Source: an uncultured delta proteobacterium
GTDB taxonomy: Bacteria; Desulfobacterota; Binatia; UBA9968
Direction of reading: 5' to 3'
Assembly (NCBI GenBank): GCA_963816145.1
Contig: CAWFJP010000003.1
Location: 839,848 to 903,847, forward strand
Length of the DNA stretch: 64,000 nt
Positions 10,305-20,868 of this stretch are shown piece after piece. The position numbers and the translations under genes are program-made. Position 1 is the first letter of the stretch. Each line of letters opens with the position of its first letter. The notes below the pieces were generated by a model, which searched no databases, was not told the DNA's origin, and worked only from the letters and a program-made list of their open reading frames with translations.

Positions 10305-11309
10305 CTATTTCCCATCGCCGCCCAAGCGCCGGCACAAGCCGAGATCGATGACATCATCACTTTTCAATGAAGCGGCCTTAGGATTGATACCCAGTTCAGC
10401 CATCAATTTTAGAATCGAGCGCACGCCCGCAGTGGTCGGGCAAATATTGCGCGGCAGCTCCTCGACCAACTGCGCATAGAACGGCTCGGCACGCTCCGGC
10501 GTGGCGATTCTCAACTGCTTGACCATGGTCTGCAGCACGCTCTTCTTATTCGTTGGATTGCGAATGAACTGCACCGCCTCCGCCGTCGCCCGGCCGACCC
10601 GTTCAATCATCAGCGGGTCGCTGCGCAGGATCTTGCGCGTCGTCACCATGCCGCTTGCCTGAAACGGGATGTTGAGCTGGCCCATGTCGACGAGAACCGT
10701 GAAACCTTGGCCTCCGATCTGTCTGGTCATTTCCGGCGCCAACAAAGTCGCCTGGGCGTTGCCGCTCTGCAAGGCGGCGACCCGCACCGGCTCCTCGCCG
10801 GTTAGCAACAAGGTAATGTTGTCCCGCTTGGCATTGAGGCCGAGATAGTCTAACGCCACATGCGCGCCCAGGGATGCCAAACCGCCGGCGCTGGCGCCGA
10901 TGGCAACTCTTTTGCCTTTTAGATCCTCCACCCGCTTGATGCTCGGATGCGCCACCAGTTGATAACGCACGCTGTTCTGGTTGCCCATGAACATCACCAG
11001 ATCGCCGCCGGCGGCCACCGCATTGGCGACATGGGTCGGCCCGATCAGGCCGACATGCACTTCGCCGGCGAGCATCGCCTGTGCCGCCCGGCTGGCAATG
11101 ATGAACACCGGTTCGAGATCGACGTTGTGTTTGGCGAACATTCCCTGCTCGCGCGCCACCCAAGTCGAAGTCATGTACGCGTTGATGGCGCCGTAGGCGA
11201 AGATGGCTTTGGACGCCATTTCCGCTGCGCCAGCAATTGCTGAACAGCAACTTGATAGCATCATAAATGCTACCAGCTGTCCGAAACGAAACTTCATCGA
11301 CGTTTTCAT
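10305..11309 (-). CDS. ABC substrate-binding protein, NitT/TauT family
   Basis: Signal peptide; AMLAGEV, IKRVEDLKGKRVAI, RVAALQSG. Confidence 0.85.
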   Translation of the reverse strand: MKTSMKFRFGQLVAFMMLSSCCSAIAGAAEMASKAIFAYGAINAYMTSTWVAREQGMFAKHNVDLEPVFIIASRAAQAMLAGEVHVGLIGPTHVANAVAAGGDLVMFMGNQNSVRYQLVAHPSIKRVEDLKGKRVAIGASAGGLASLGAHVALDYLGLNAKRDNITLLLTGEEPVRVAALQSGNAQATLLAPEMTRQIGGQGFTVLVDMGQLNIPFQASGMVTTRKILRSDPLMIERVGRATAEAVQFIRNPTNKKSVLQTMVKQLRIATPERAEPFYAQLVEELPRNICPTTAGVRSILKLMAELGINPKAASLKSDDVIDLGLCRRLGGDGK

Positions 11310-11328
11310 TGGGTTTTTTTCAATCCAA

Positions 11329-11377
11329 CCCCCTCCTTCATCCTCCCCCGCGTCGCGGGGGAGGAAAGAGGTGGGGG
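11329..11377. repeat. REP-like GC hairpin (cctcccccgcgtcgcgggggagga...ggtggggg)
   Basis: Same family at about 10005, 19525, 20577, 23360 and 30330; related hairpins at about 24505. Confidence 0.75.
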
Positions 11378-11392
11378 CCACGTCCGAAACAG

Positions 11393-12505
11393 CTAATACA
11401 TCCCATACAGCCGCGCGCAATTGTCCCAGAGAATCTTCCGCCGGCTGGCATCGCTGATGTCTTTGATCTCGAAAAACTCGTCGAGGGCGTGCGGGAAATG
11501 GGCGTCAATATGCGGATAGTCGGTGGAGATAAGAATCGTCCCGTCGCCGATCCGTTTGATCACGTCGGTCACCAGCTCCTCATCGGGGTCCATGGAAATG
11601 AAACACTGCTGCAAAAAATAATCGCTGGGCTTTTTCGACAGCGGCACATCGGCCAACGGCCCATGCAGCTTGGCCCGCTCGTCGAGCCGATAGAGCAGCC
11701 AAGGTAGCCAGGCGCAGTTGCCTTCGAGAAACGCCACCCGCAGCTTGGGAAATTTCTCGAGCACGCCGCCGGCGCAGAAACAGGATATCGCTTGAATCAG
11801 CTCCACCGGATTGCGCAGCGCCAAGGCGACGATGCTGGCGTTGGGGTGGCCGAAAAATTTATTCGCCACCTGCTCCTGCTTGGGTCTTGCCGGCGGATGA
11901 AAGCATAGAGCGACGCCGAGTTTCTCGATCTCGGCCCACAGCGGATCGAAGTAGCGGTCATGAATGCGCTTGCCGTTGATCGGTTCCGGGCATAGCGACA
12001 GGGCGCGAATGCCGAGCTCATGGACCGCGCGCCGAACCTCGTCCACTGCCAGGTCGACGTCATGCAGCGTGATCAAAGCCGATGCTTTCAAACGCGCGGG
12101 ATCTTCTTTGCAAAAGTCGGCGATCCAACTGTTCCACGCCTTGCACAAATCGTTGGCATACTCCGCTTCCAAAGTCTCGTCGCAATGCAGCGGCGAGGTG
12201 CGAAACAACACGGCAACATCCAATCCCTCGATATCCATGCCTTGGATTTGGGAAACCGGATCGTAGTCCCGCGCCACGGCGAAATCATAGCGATTGGCGA
12301 CTTGCTGCTGGCCATGGTTGATCACGTCGGTGATCGCGCGCAGGGCCTGGCCGCCGCCGAGCTTGAATTCCACCCTGCCATGCTTGCCGTTGCGCTGCCC
12401 CTTGGGAATGCGCTCGCCCCATTTGGGGTTCATGTACTTGTCATAAAGATTCGCCGCGTCGTAAACATGCATGTCGCTGTCGAAAGTCTTGAAGCCATGT
12501 TTCAT
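11393..12505 (-). CDS. Amidohydrolase family protein (amidohydro_2)
   Basis: FDSDMH, FHP, FLEGNCAWLP, STDYPH, KILWDNCARLY. Confidence 0.9.
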   Translation of the reverse strand: MKHGFKTFDSDMHVYDAANLYDKYMNPKWGERIPKGQRNGKHGRVEFKLGGGQALRAITDVINHGQQQVANRYDFAVARDYDPVSQIQGMDIEGLDVAVLFRTSPLHCDETLEAEYANDLCKAWNSWIADFCKEDPARLKASALITLHDVDLAVDEVRRAVHELGIRALSLCPEPINGKRIHDRYFDPLWAEIEKLGVALCFHPPARPKQEQVANKFFGHPNASIVALALRNPVELIQAISCFCAGGVLEKFPKLRVAFLEGNCAWLPWLLYRLDERAKLHGPLADVPLSKKPSDYFLQQCFISMDPDEELVTDVIKRIGDGTILISTDYPHIDAHFPHALDEFFEIKDISDASRRKILWDNCARLYGMY

Positions 12506-12586
12506 AAAGCACCTCTGAAACGCATTGGGTCCGAAACCCTTGGAACGATTGGAACTCCTGGAACCTTTGGAACTGAATTTCGAAAG

Positions 12587-13609
12587 TTATTTTTTTGGCA
12601 GCAACAACTCCGCCAGTTTCTTCAATACCGGCGGTGAAATATTTTTGAACCCTGCGATCGTCGTAGCCAACTCCTCGCCGGAAATCGGATCGACTTCCTG
12701 CTGCGCGGTCTTCGCGTCGGCCAGAAAGGCCGGGTCTCTGAGCGTCGCCTGCACGCCATTGCGCAAGGTTTGCACTTTGTCTTTGGGAGTTCCCGGCGGG
12801 GCCGAATAAGCCAGAGTGATCGCGTTAAGATCATGGATGCCCACTTCGATCAGCTGCTTGGCTTCGTCTGTCTTAGCAAAACTGATCGCCAACGGCACAT
12901 GGGTCAATTCGGGAATCGACTTGCGGTTGGCCTGCAACACCACATGGACATCGCCGGCCTCGTACTGGCGCCGCCAGCTGCTCTTCAACCCTTGCCAGCT
13001 GGTGCATTGACCGGCCAGCTCGCCGGCTTCCGCAGCCATGGTGATATCCGCCGTGCCTTTGTAGCCTTGAACCAGCTGGATCGGCAGGTTGAGAGCGGTT
13101 TTGAGAATCGTCGAAATGTCATCGGGCCGCGTGCCCGGCACTTGCCCGCCCATCTTGAGCGGTGTTTTCGCTGTCTGCCATTTCTCCATGCTGTTGATGC
13201 CGCTCGCTTTGGTAAACGCGCACAGCATCGTCTGCTGCACCGGCACGCCGATCCATTCGAACTTGAGCGGATCGAATTCCAGGCCTGTGCCGCCGAGCAT
13301 TTTTTGCAGCGTCAAGCTGCCCACCCACACGCCGATGGTCAAACCGTCGGGCTTGCTGCGATTGTAAAGATGATTGGCGGCGATCACCGTGCCCGCGCCC
13401 GGCATGTTCTGCACCACGATGATCGGATTGCCCGGGATATTGCGGCCAAGATGGCGCGCCACGATGCGCGTCATGGTATCGAAACCGCCGCCGGGAGGCG
13501 CGCCGACGAGAAATGTTACGGTCTTGCCACGATAGTAAGACTCCTGGGCGCCGGCCGTCGACACGATCAACAACAGAATCCCAAGACTGATCCAACGCAT
13601 GACCACCAT
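12587..13609 (-). CDS. Bug/TctC family substrate-binding protein
   Basis: YYRGKTV, PGGGFD, QNMPGAG, KPDGLT, GYKGT. Confidence 0.88.
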   Translation of the reverse strand: MVVMRWISLGILLLIVSTAGAQESYYRGKTVTFLVGAPPGGGFDTMTRIVARHLGRNIPGNPIIVVQNMPGAGTVIAANHLYNRSKPDGLTIGVWVGSLTLQKMLGGTGLEFDPLKFEWIGVPVQQTMLCAFTKASGINSMEKWQTAKTPLKMGGQVPGTRPDDISTILKTALNLPIQLVQGYKGTADITMAAEAGELAGQCTSWQGLKSSWRRQYEAGDVHVVLQANRKSIPELTHVPLAISFAKTDEAKQLIEVGIHDLNAITLAYSAPPGTPKDKVQTLRNGVQATLRDPAFLADAKTAQQEVDPISGEELATTIAGFKNISPPVLKKLAELLLPKK

Positions 13610-13628
13610 TCATACCTCCGCGGTTGGG

Positions 13629-14609
13629 CTATGATTTCGGCTTGATCCCCATCTCTTTCTGCACTTCACGAATAAAACTGAAGTCGGCAACCTCGCTCAG
13701 CGCCACCGGGCGTTCAATCTTCATCGCTTCACGGCCCTGGTCGACGACCAGCTTCAGGCCACTTTCCGAAATGCTGCCGTCTTCGCTGAAGATCTTCCAG
13801 GTCGAATCGTAGGTCGCCGCCGCGCTTTCGCGATCGACCTTGATCCAGTCCATCATGGTCTGAATCGTGCCTTCGCGATTGGCACGGACAAATCGGTTAG
13901 CCTTGAGCATGGCCCGGATCATTCGTTTCACTTCGTCGGGCTTCTCCTTGAGCTTTTTCAAGTTCGCGCCTATTCCGGTGAACGGCAGCTTGTACAGTTC
14001 ATAAAAGCGCGACAACACACGGAAGCCGTTGCGCTGGGCGTCGGTATCGGTCGGCGGCGACAACACCGCGACGTCGACGATGCCCTCTTTCAAAGCCGCG
14101 TAACGGCCGCGCTCGGCGCCGAGCTGAATGATTTTCAATTCCTTTTCCGGATCGACGCCGCCATGTTTCATCATCATGCGTGCCGCCACGTCCGAGGTCG
14201 CGCCGTAATTGCTCACCGCCAGAGTCTTGCCTTTCAAGTCACGGATGGTTTTGTACTCGGGCCGGGCGATCAGCAAATGGGTCGAGCTGTCCATGAAGCT
14301 CGCCACCACTCGCATCGGCATGCCGCGCAGCGCGCCGCGCACTACCGACGCGAAAACCATGGTGTAATCGATATCGCCGGTGCTGAGCGCCGTGATCGAC
14401 ACGTTGGCGTTCATGCGAATCAATTCGAGATCCAAGCCTTCGTCACGAAACATGCCGCGCTTGAGCGCCACGCCGGCGGTAAGAAACGACACATCGACCG
14501 CCGAGATCGACATGCGCACCTTGTCGGCGGCTGAAACAATGTTACCCACCAACAAAAGACCTAAAATCACCACCACCCATATTTGGGTTAGAGTCCGCTT
14601 ACTCCTCAC
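13629..14609 (-). CDS. ABC substrate-binding protein, NitT/TauT family
   Basis: FRDEGLD, ALSTGDIDY, DLKGKTLAV, RYAALKEG. Confidence 0.88.
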   Translation of the reverse strand: MRSKRTLTQIWVVVILGLLLVGNIVSAADKVRMSISAVDVSFLTAGVALKRGMFRDEGLDLELIRMNANVSITALSTGDIDYTMVFASVVRGALRGMPMRVVASFMDSSTHLLIARPEYKTIRDLKGKTLAVSNYGATSDVAARMMMKHGGVDPEKELKIIQLGAERGRYAALKEGIVDVAVLSPPTDTDAQRNGFRVLSRFYELYKLPFTGIGANLKKLKEKPDEVKRMIRAMLKANRFVRANREGTIQTMMDWIKVDRESAAATYDSTWKIFSEDGSISESGLKLVVDQGREAMKIERPVALSEVADFSFIREVQKEMGIKPKS

Positions 14610-14619
14610 TACTTGCTCC

Positions 14620-15585
14620 TTACTTAACTTCTCGCTGAACCTGCCGCAGCAACGAATAATCGACGATATCTCTCATGTTAATATCCTTCTTAACGCCGGT
14701 CTCGAGCTTGGTCTGTTCCAACAAGTCCTTCAACACCGCATCGCTCACCGTGCCGTCATCGCTCAATGTTTGCAGCACGATGCGATGCGTCGCTTCCGCG
14801 GTGGCGGGGTCGAGGCTGAACCTGCGGCCGATGAACTCCACCACATCCTTTTTGTCTTCCTTGACCGCTTTCAGCGATCGGAGAAAGCCGCGCAGCATCT
14901 TTTTGATCTGTTCCGGATTGCGCTCGACTCGCTCTCTCGATGTGGCGATGCCGGTCAATGGCTGGGACAGCACCTTGCCGGTGAAGATCAGTTCCTTGAA
15001 GCCCTTTGGCGTCAGGCGAAAATTCCATGGCACCGGCATGATCGCGGCTTCCACCGAACCCGCTTCCAACGCCGCCATGCGGATGGAGGCGGCGCCGATG
15101 ACGATCAACGTCACGTCTTTGTCAGGGTCGACCCCCAAGGCGCGCAACGACGCCCGGGTCGCCAGCGCGCCGGTGCCGCTCAGCGACGCCACCGCGACTT
15201 TCTTGCCCTTCAGGTCCTGCCCGGACTGTACGTTCGGATTGCCCATCAAGTAAAACAGCAAGCTTTTGAAATCATGGGACACCACTTTCATCGGTAAACC
15301 GCGCACCGCCGCGGTAATCGCCGTCCCCGCGCCGTACATGAAGTCGACGTCCTTGCCGCCGACAATCGAACTCACCGCCAGTTCGCCGCGCAGAACGCGA
15401 AATTGCAAATCGATGCCCTCGCGCCGGTAGAAGCCCTTTTCGATGCCGTAAATCAGCGGCGTGATGCTGATGCTTTCACTCGAATGGGTGATCAGCAGCT
15501 TTTCCGCAACCTGCGCAGACACTGGCGAGACCAAACCACAGACCAAGAGAAAGGCACAGCCGAAAACAAACGTTCTGAATTTCAC
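14620..15585 (-). CDS. ABC substrate-binding protein, NitT/TauT family
   Basis: GFYRREGID, DLKGKKVAVAS, RMAALEAG; GTG start chosen by signal peptide. Confidence 0.85.
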   Translation of the reverse strand: MKFRTFVFGCAFLLVCGLVSPVSAQVAEKLLITHSSESISITPLIYGIEKGFYRREGIDLQFRVLRGELAVSSIVGGKDVDFMYGAGTAITAAVRGLPMKVVSHDFKSLLFYLMGNPNVQSGQDLKGKKVAVASLSGTGALATRASLRALGVDPDKDVTLIVIGAASIRMAALEAGSVEAAIMPVPWNFRLTPKGFKELIFTGKVLSQPLTGIATSRERVERNPEQIKKMLRGFLRSLKAVKEDKKDVVEFIGRRFSLDPATAEATHRIVLQTLSDDGTVSDAVLKDLLEQTKLETGVKKDINMRDIVDYSLLRQVQREVK

Positions 15586-15717
15586 GTCGAACCATCGCCT
15601 GCGATCAAAAAAAGCCAAATTTGACAAGGGTAACTCCATCGGTTAACTAACAGCGAAGCATCAACTAGATTGAAATAGCAGAATCGAACGGTCGCGCCAA
15701 CCAACCGAGAGGTGTTT

Positions 15718-16770
15718 ATGAGCGGAGTCATGCCGAATCTCGCAGAACTCGATCGCAGGCTAGCGGAAAAATGGATTTCCGGCATTTGGCGTATCCCCGC
15801 CGGCGCCCGGCCGGGCGATCCAAAAACCAAAATCCAACCGCATCTGTGGAAATGGGCCGACATCTACGACGGTCTGGTGCAAGCGCGCGATCAGATCAAA
15901 CTCGAGCGCGGTCAAGCCGAACGGCGCACACTGCGGCTCGTCAATCCCGGCGCCCAAGAGATCGAGATGACCAGTCACACCCTGCTGTTCGCCTTTCAGA
16001 TGATCCAGCCCGGCGAAGTGGCGCCGCCCCATCGCCATACCATGTCGGCGATCCGTTTCATCCTCCAAGGCAAAGGCGCCTACACCAATGTCGACAATCA
16101 GAAGATGGTGATGGAAGACGGGGATCTGATTCTGACGCCGCGCTGGGCCTGGCATGAACATGCCCATGAAGGCACCGAGCCGATGATCTGGATCGACGGT
16201 CTCGACGTGCCGTTCATCCAATCGCTGCAAGTGGTTTCCTTCGAGCCGTTTCCGGAAAAGCGCATGCCGCTGGAAGCGCCGCGTTACGACTCGAGCGCCT
16301 ACGGCATGGCGCGGCCGGTGATCAGCGAAGCGGAGAAACCAATGGCGCCATTGCACTATCGCTGGAAAGACATTTATCCGGCGCTCAAGAAACTCGCCGA
16401 AGGGGACCCGAATCCGTACGAAGGTTACGCGATGGAATACGTCAACCCGCTCACGGGCGGCCCGACACTGCCGACGCTCTCCTGCTGGATTCAACTGCTC
16501 AAACCCGGCCAGCGCACACAATCGCACCGCCACACCAGCACCGTGCTCTACCACGCCTTCCGCGGCCGCGGCACAACGGTGATCAACGGGCAGAAATTCG
16601 ACTGGGAGCAAGGCGACAACTTCGTCGTGCCGCTCTGGCACTGGCATGAACATGCCAACACTTCGGCATCGGACGACGCGATCCTCTTCTCGATGAACGA
16701 CGCGCCGGTATTGAAACCCTTCGGGTTATACCGTGAGGAAGGCCCGGGAAAGCCGCAAATGGGGCTCTAG
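15718..16770 (+). CDS. Gentisate 1,2-dioxygenase-like bicupin
   Basis: ERRTLRLVNPG, PPHRHT, WHEH, WIDGLDVP, SHRHT, VPLWHWHEH. Confidence 0.85.
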   Translation: MSGVMPNLAELDRRLAEKWISGIWRIPAGARPGDPKTKIQPHLWKWADIYDGLVQARDQIKLERGQAERRTLRLVNPGAQEIEMTSHTLLFAFQMIQPGEVAPPHRHTMSAIRFILQGKGAYTNVDNQKMVMEDGDLILTPRWAWHEHAHEGTEPMIWIDGLDVPFIQSLQVVSFEPFPEKRMPLEAPRYDSSAYGMARPVISEAEKPMAPLHYRWKDIYPALKKLAEGDPNPYEGYAMEYVNPLTGGPTLPTLSCWIQLLKPGQRTQSHRHTSTVLYHAFRGRGTTVINGQKFDWEQGDNFVVPLWHWHEHANTSASDDAILFSMNDAPVLKPFGLYREEGPGKPQMGL

Positions 16771-16792
16771 CGCGAAAAACGGATACGATGTC

Positions 16793-16873
16793 TCACCACG
16801 AAGGCACGAAGGACACGAAGGTTTCGGAAAATAGTATATCCGTTCTTCGTGCTCTTCGTGTCCTTCGTGGTGA
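16793..16873. repeat. (CACGAAG)n...(CTTCGTG)n palindromic repeat
   Basis: tcaccacgaaggcacgaaggacacgaag...cttcgtgtccttcgtggtga; copies at 17875-17953 and 32678-32755. Confidence 0.8.
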
Positions 16874-16892
16874 AAATGAATTTCTCTGCTAA

Positions 16893-17856
16893 TTAAAGAT
16901 CCAGCGTGTTCGCTGCAAACAGTTCTTCCACGCGGAACCCGCTTCTCCGCCAATCCCTGTTCGTACAGATACCCCATCAGCGTCTCGACCACGTGGCGGT
17001 TTTTCTCGAAGCCGTAGGGCCAGGGATCGTCGCCGAGGATCTGCTGCTGCTCCGAAACCGGCTCACGAAACCACGCCAGACTGATTTTGTACGGCGACAA
17101 ATCATTCAAGCGCGCATAGGCATCCTCCTTGGCGCGCTGAAAGGCCTTGTACAAGCTGCGCGCTATCCACGGATGAGCTTCCCAGACATCCTGCCTGAGC
17201 GCGATGGCATGCATAATCGGAAAGATGCCGGTCTTCTTGAAATACGCCGCTTCGACTTTCGGCGCGTCTTCGAACAACCGACGCACATGGGGTGGCGGAT
17301 TGAACAACGACGGAAACAGACTCGGCACCATGATCGCGTCGAGTTCGCCGTTGAACAGCATCTGATCGGGCTTCTGGTCCGGCCTCAACTGCGTCACCTT
17401 GTAGCGCTTCGGCAATTCCAGCTCCATGCGCGAGCGCGGCGTCCAGGTGAACCACTCGATCTGGTCGAGATCGACGCCATATTCATGCTGCAGCATACCG
17501 CGCATCCATACCGTCGCGGTCTGTTGAAACTCGCCCAAGCCCATGCGCTTGCCCATGAGATCTTTGGGATCGCGAATCCCGCTCTTGGTGTTGATGAATA
17601 TGTACGAATGGCGAAACGCCCGCGCCGGAAACACCGGGATCGCCGTCAGCGATTTGCCCAGGGTCCGGGCGATGGCGTACGACGCCAGGGAAATCTCCGA
17701 GGCATCGAAGTCATAGTAATTGAGCATGCGAATCCAGATTTCCAAATGCGGCAGGGTCAGCCAGTTAAGCTCGATGCCCTCCGGCCGGATGGAACCATCG
17801 ATCAACGGATGCGTCCGGTCGTAATCCCCGCAGGCGAGGGTGAGTTGTAGTGCCAT
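16893..17856 (-). CDS. 4,5-dihydroxyphthalate decarboxylase (Pht5)-like protein; frameshift near the C-terminus
   Basis: LTLACGDYDRT, FDASEISL, FRHS, QTATVW, IFPIMH, DPWPYG; expected VEELF...DL* ending is in a shifted frame. Confidence 0.8.
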
Positions 17857-17874
17857 TGATGATTCCTTTTTGTT

Positions 17875-17953
17875 TCACCACGAAGGCACGAAGGACATGA
17901 AGGTTTCGGAAACTATTTTGTTTGAACTTCGTGCTCCTCGTGCCTTCGTGGTG
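17875..17953. repeat. (CACGAAG)n palindromic repeat
   Basis: Same family as 16793-16873. Confidence 0.75.
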
Positions 17954-18015
17954 GCCGTAACCGATTTTTTTTGCGCTCTTTGCGCTTTTTGCGGTTAACT
18001 TTCTTATTCCGAATC

Positions 18016-19437
18016 TTACGACAGCTTGTTAGGCCATTTTGCTAGAATGCGGTCGCGCAACTCCTTGCTCGAACGCGACACCGGCGGAAAACTATCCTTC
18101 CACTCATAGGGCCGCGTCGCATCGATGATCGCCCGAGAGTTAAAGCCCTTGGCGTCCTTATGAATGATCGGGTCGAGCGGACCGCTCCAACAGCGGCGCA
18201 GGATCTCGATATCCTGGGACGGATCGGAGCGCGTGCACACCGCCCAGAGAACTTCGTTCAGATTGGTCGGATCGATATCGTCATCGACGACGATGGTGTA
18301 GCGCCCCAAATAAGCCGCGGCATGGCATTCCGTGGCGATCAAGCCGGCTTGGCGCGCATGGCCTGGATAGCGCTGCTTGATCGCGACGACAAGAAATAGA
18401 TAGGCCGCCCCGGCTGCCTCGTGGTACCAGACGCCGCGCACGTCCGGCACGCCGGCGGCTTCGAGATCGTCCCACACCAGCGCCGCCTTGAGCGGCGCGC
18501 GCCACTTGCGCGTGTAGCCTAGCAGGATCGGTTCATTGCGATGGGCCACTTGGTGGATTTTTACGATCGGCTCGGGGCGCGACGAGCTGCCGTAGTAGCC
18601 GGTCCACTCGCCGAACGGTCCTTCGATCTTTTCCGGACCCGGCACGCACTCCCCTTCGAGAACGATTTCCGCCGTCGCCGGAATCGGCAGGCCGGTGAAC
18701 TCGCCTTTGATGACATCGACCGGCTCGCCCTGAATCCCGCCGATGAAATCGTATTCACACACGCCATAGGGAACTTCCAACGCGCCGGCGAGAAAGATCA
18801 ACGGATCATGGCCCACGGAAATCGCCACTTTGAACGGCTCGCCGCGGGCAAACGCCTTGTCGCGATGAATCCGTCCATGGCGCCCCGGCGCGATGTAAAA
18901 GCCCACGGTATTTTCGTCGTGGATCATCACCCGCGCCGTGCCGAGATTGGTCCAGCCCTCTTCCGGATCGTGAGTAATGTTGACGCTGCCCGTGCCGATA
19001 TACCGGCCGCCGTCCAACTCGAACCAGCGCGGCGTCGGGAACTTGAGAATATTCACATCCTCGCCGCGCTGAATATTTTCCAACACCGGCCCATCACGAA
19101 CCATTCGCGGCGGAATGTGCTTCAAGTCCTTCGAGCGCCGGCGCCACTCCGATACGAAATCCATGGCGCTGAGATTTTGCGGCATCCCGAGGCTCAGCGC
19201 CAACCGCTTGGTCGAACCCAACGAGTTGACCAGCACACGATAGCCCTCCGGATACCCTTTGACGGAATCGAACATGACGGCCGGCGAACTGCCGCGCTCG
19301 TTGACGATGTCCGCCACCCCGCCGATCTCCAGATCCCAATCCGCGCCGTCGATTCTTCGGATTTCGCCGAGCTTTTCGGCTTCGTTTAACCAACTTCTTA
19401 ACCCGTCTGGTTGCTTCATAACTTCAATATCCTGCAC
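18016..19437 (-). CDS. UbiD family (prFMN-dependent) decarboxylase
   Basis: DGGRYIGT, EIVLEG, EGPFGEWTGYY, VVDDDID, IDAT. Confidence 0.9.
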   Translation of the reverse strand: MQDIEVMKQPDGLRSWLNEAEKLGEIRRIDGADWDLEIGGVADIVNERGSSPAVMFDSVKGYPEGYRVLVNSLGSTKRLALSLGMPQNLSAMDFVSEWRRRSKDLKHIPPRMVRDGPVLENIQRGEDVNILKFPTPRWFELDGGRYIGTGSVNITHDPEEGWTNLGTARVMIHDENTVGFYIAPGRHGRIHRDKAFARGEPFKVAISVGHDPLIFLAGALEVPYGVCEYDFIGGIQGEPVDVIKGEFTGLPIPATAEIVLEGECVPGPEKIEGPFGEWTGYYGSSSRPEPIVKIHQVAHRNEPILLGYTRKWRAPLKAALVWDDLEAAGVPDVRGVWYHEAAGAAYLFLVVAIKQRYPGHARQAGLIATECHAAAYLGRYTIVVDDDIDPTNLNEVLWAVCTRSDPSQDIEILRRCWSGPLDPIIHKDAKGFNSRAIIDATRPYEWKDSFPPVSRSSKELRDRILAKWPNKLS

Positions 19438-19438
19438 T

Positions 19439-19600
19439 CGTTCAAACCGTTCAATCGCTGCGCTCCGTTCAAGCCGTTCAAACCGATTTCGGAGGTCTCA
19501 ACCGTTGGAACCTCCGTGTCTCTTTCCTCCCCCGCATTCGCGGGGGAGGATAAAGGTGGGGGTTGAACGGCTTGAACGGCTGGAACGGTTTGAACGGCTA
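19439..19600. repeat. Composite repeat: (GTTCAA)n + GC hairpin + (TTGAAC)n
   Basis: Visible tandem/inverted units flanking a cctccccc...gggggagg hairpin. Confidence 0.75.
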
Positions 19601-20552
19601 TTTAAGGTTTTGTTGCACTTCCCGCAACAACCGCAAATCGAGCACCCGCGCCAGCGGCGTTTCCTCTTTCAAATTCATTCGCTCGGTCTCGCGCTTGAGC
19701 GCATCACGGATGCCCTTCTCGTCCATACCGCCATCTTTGGAAAACGCCGGCAACATCGATTTGTAAAGCTCATCCGCCGTAGCCATATCGACACCGTATT
19801 CCTTGCCGATAAACTGGGTCACTTCAGTCGCGCGCTGCGGAATGTAGCGCAAGCTCTTCAGAGTTGCGCTCAACATGCGTTTGACCAACTCCGGACGTTC
19901 GCGAATCAATCGGTCTGAAGTGCCGACGCCGGACAGCGATTGCTCGACGTAGTCGCCGAAATAAGCCAGCGTCCGATAGCCCATCTGCTTGGCCATGCCG
20001 TTAAACGGCGGCGACAACACGCCGGCGTCCACCGTCCCCGCTTTCATCGCGGTAAGAATATTGGAGGTCGTCCCGGTGCCGATGAAGGCGACGTCCTTGT
20101 CCGGGGATAGTCCGTTTCTGCTGACCAGAAAGCGCGCCAGCGTATCGGTCGATGAACCGATGGCGGTAATGCCGATGACCTTGCCTTTGAGTTCAGCCAT
20201 CGATTTTATCTCCGGCTTGGCCATCAGCCAAAAAGAAGGCTTGACGGTTAGAAACCCGACAACTTTCACCGGCAATCCGCGCGCCGCGCCGGCCATCACC
20301 TGGGACTGCGCGCCGGAAAAATCGATATCGCCGGTGGTGAGCGCCGCGACTTGAATGGTGGAGGCGACCAAAACCATCTGCAGGTCGATGCCTTCAGCCT
20401 GAAAGATGCCTTTGTCGCGGCCCAGGGTAATGGGAAGATAGTTGAGGCTCTTCGCCGGATAGGCAAAACGCACGCGATCGGCGGCGAAACCAACGTCGCT
20501 GCCAATCGACAACATGAATGAATATAAACAAGGCTGTCGCGATTGCCGCCAT
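19598..20552 (-). CDS. ABC substrate-binding protein, NitT/TauT family (likely 1-bp frameshift in signal peptide)
   Basis: GIFQAEGID, ALTTGDIDF, ELKGKVIGI; the ORF track extension runs into repeats. Confidence 0.8.
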
Positions 20553-20665
20553 ATCGTTCCCCGCACGATCCGATTTCCTCCCCCTTGATGGGGGAGGATT
20601 AAGGTGGGGGTGCGCAACATTTTCAACAGCGTGCGCAGCACCCCCATCCTTACCTTCCCCCGTCG

Positions 20666-20797
20666 CAGACTGTGTCGCAACTGTCATTTCGAGGTGAAGC
20701 CGAGAAATCTCTTCTTCGTATGTGGCTGAAAACACGAGATCCCTCGCTGCGCTCGGGATGACAAATGTGGGGCATTTGCGCATTACGACACAGCCTC
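20666..20797 (-). mobile_element. 132-bp MITE, copy 2
   Basis: Reverse-complement copy of 10078-10209; TCG duplicated on both sides. Confidence 0.85.
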
Positions 20798-20868
20798 TCG
20801 CGAGGGAAGGAATCGATCCATCGGACAGTGACTCAGGCGTAAGTTGATAACTATTCTTCAATCCCATT

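Noticed and set aside
10092-10370. ORFs beginning MRKCPTFVIPSAARDL (also 20394-20867 and 23333-23599)
   Set aside because: These are translations of the 132-bp MITE, not genes.
16726-16892. C-terminal extensions of the Pht5-like and LLM ORFs; programmed frameshifting
   Set aside because: The extensions run through repeat DNA, and isolated indels are scattered across the window, consistent with sequencing error.
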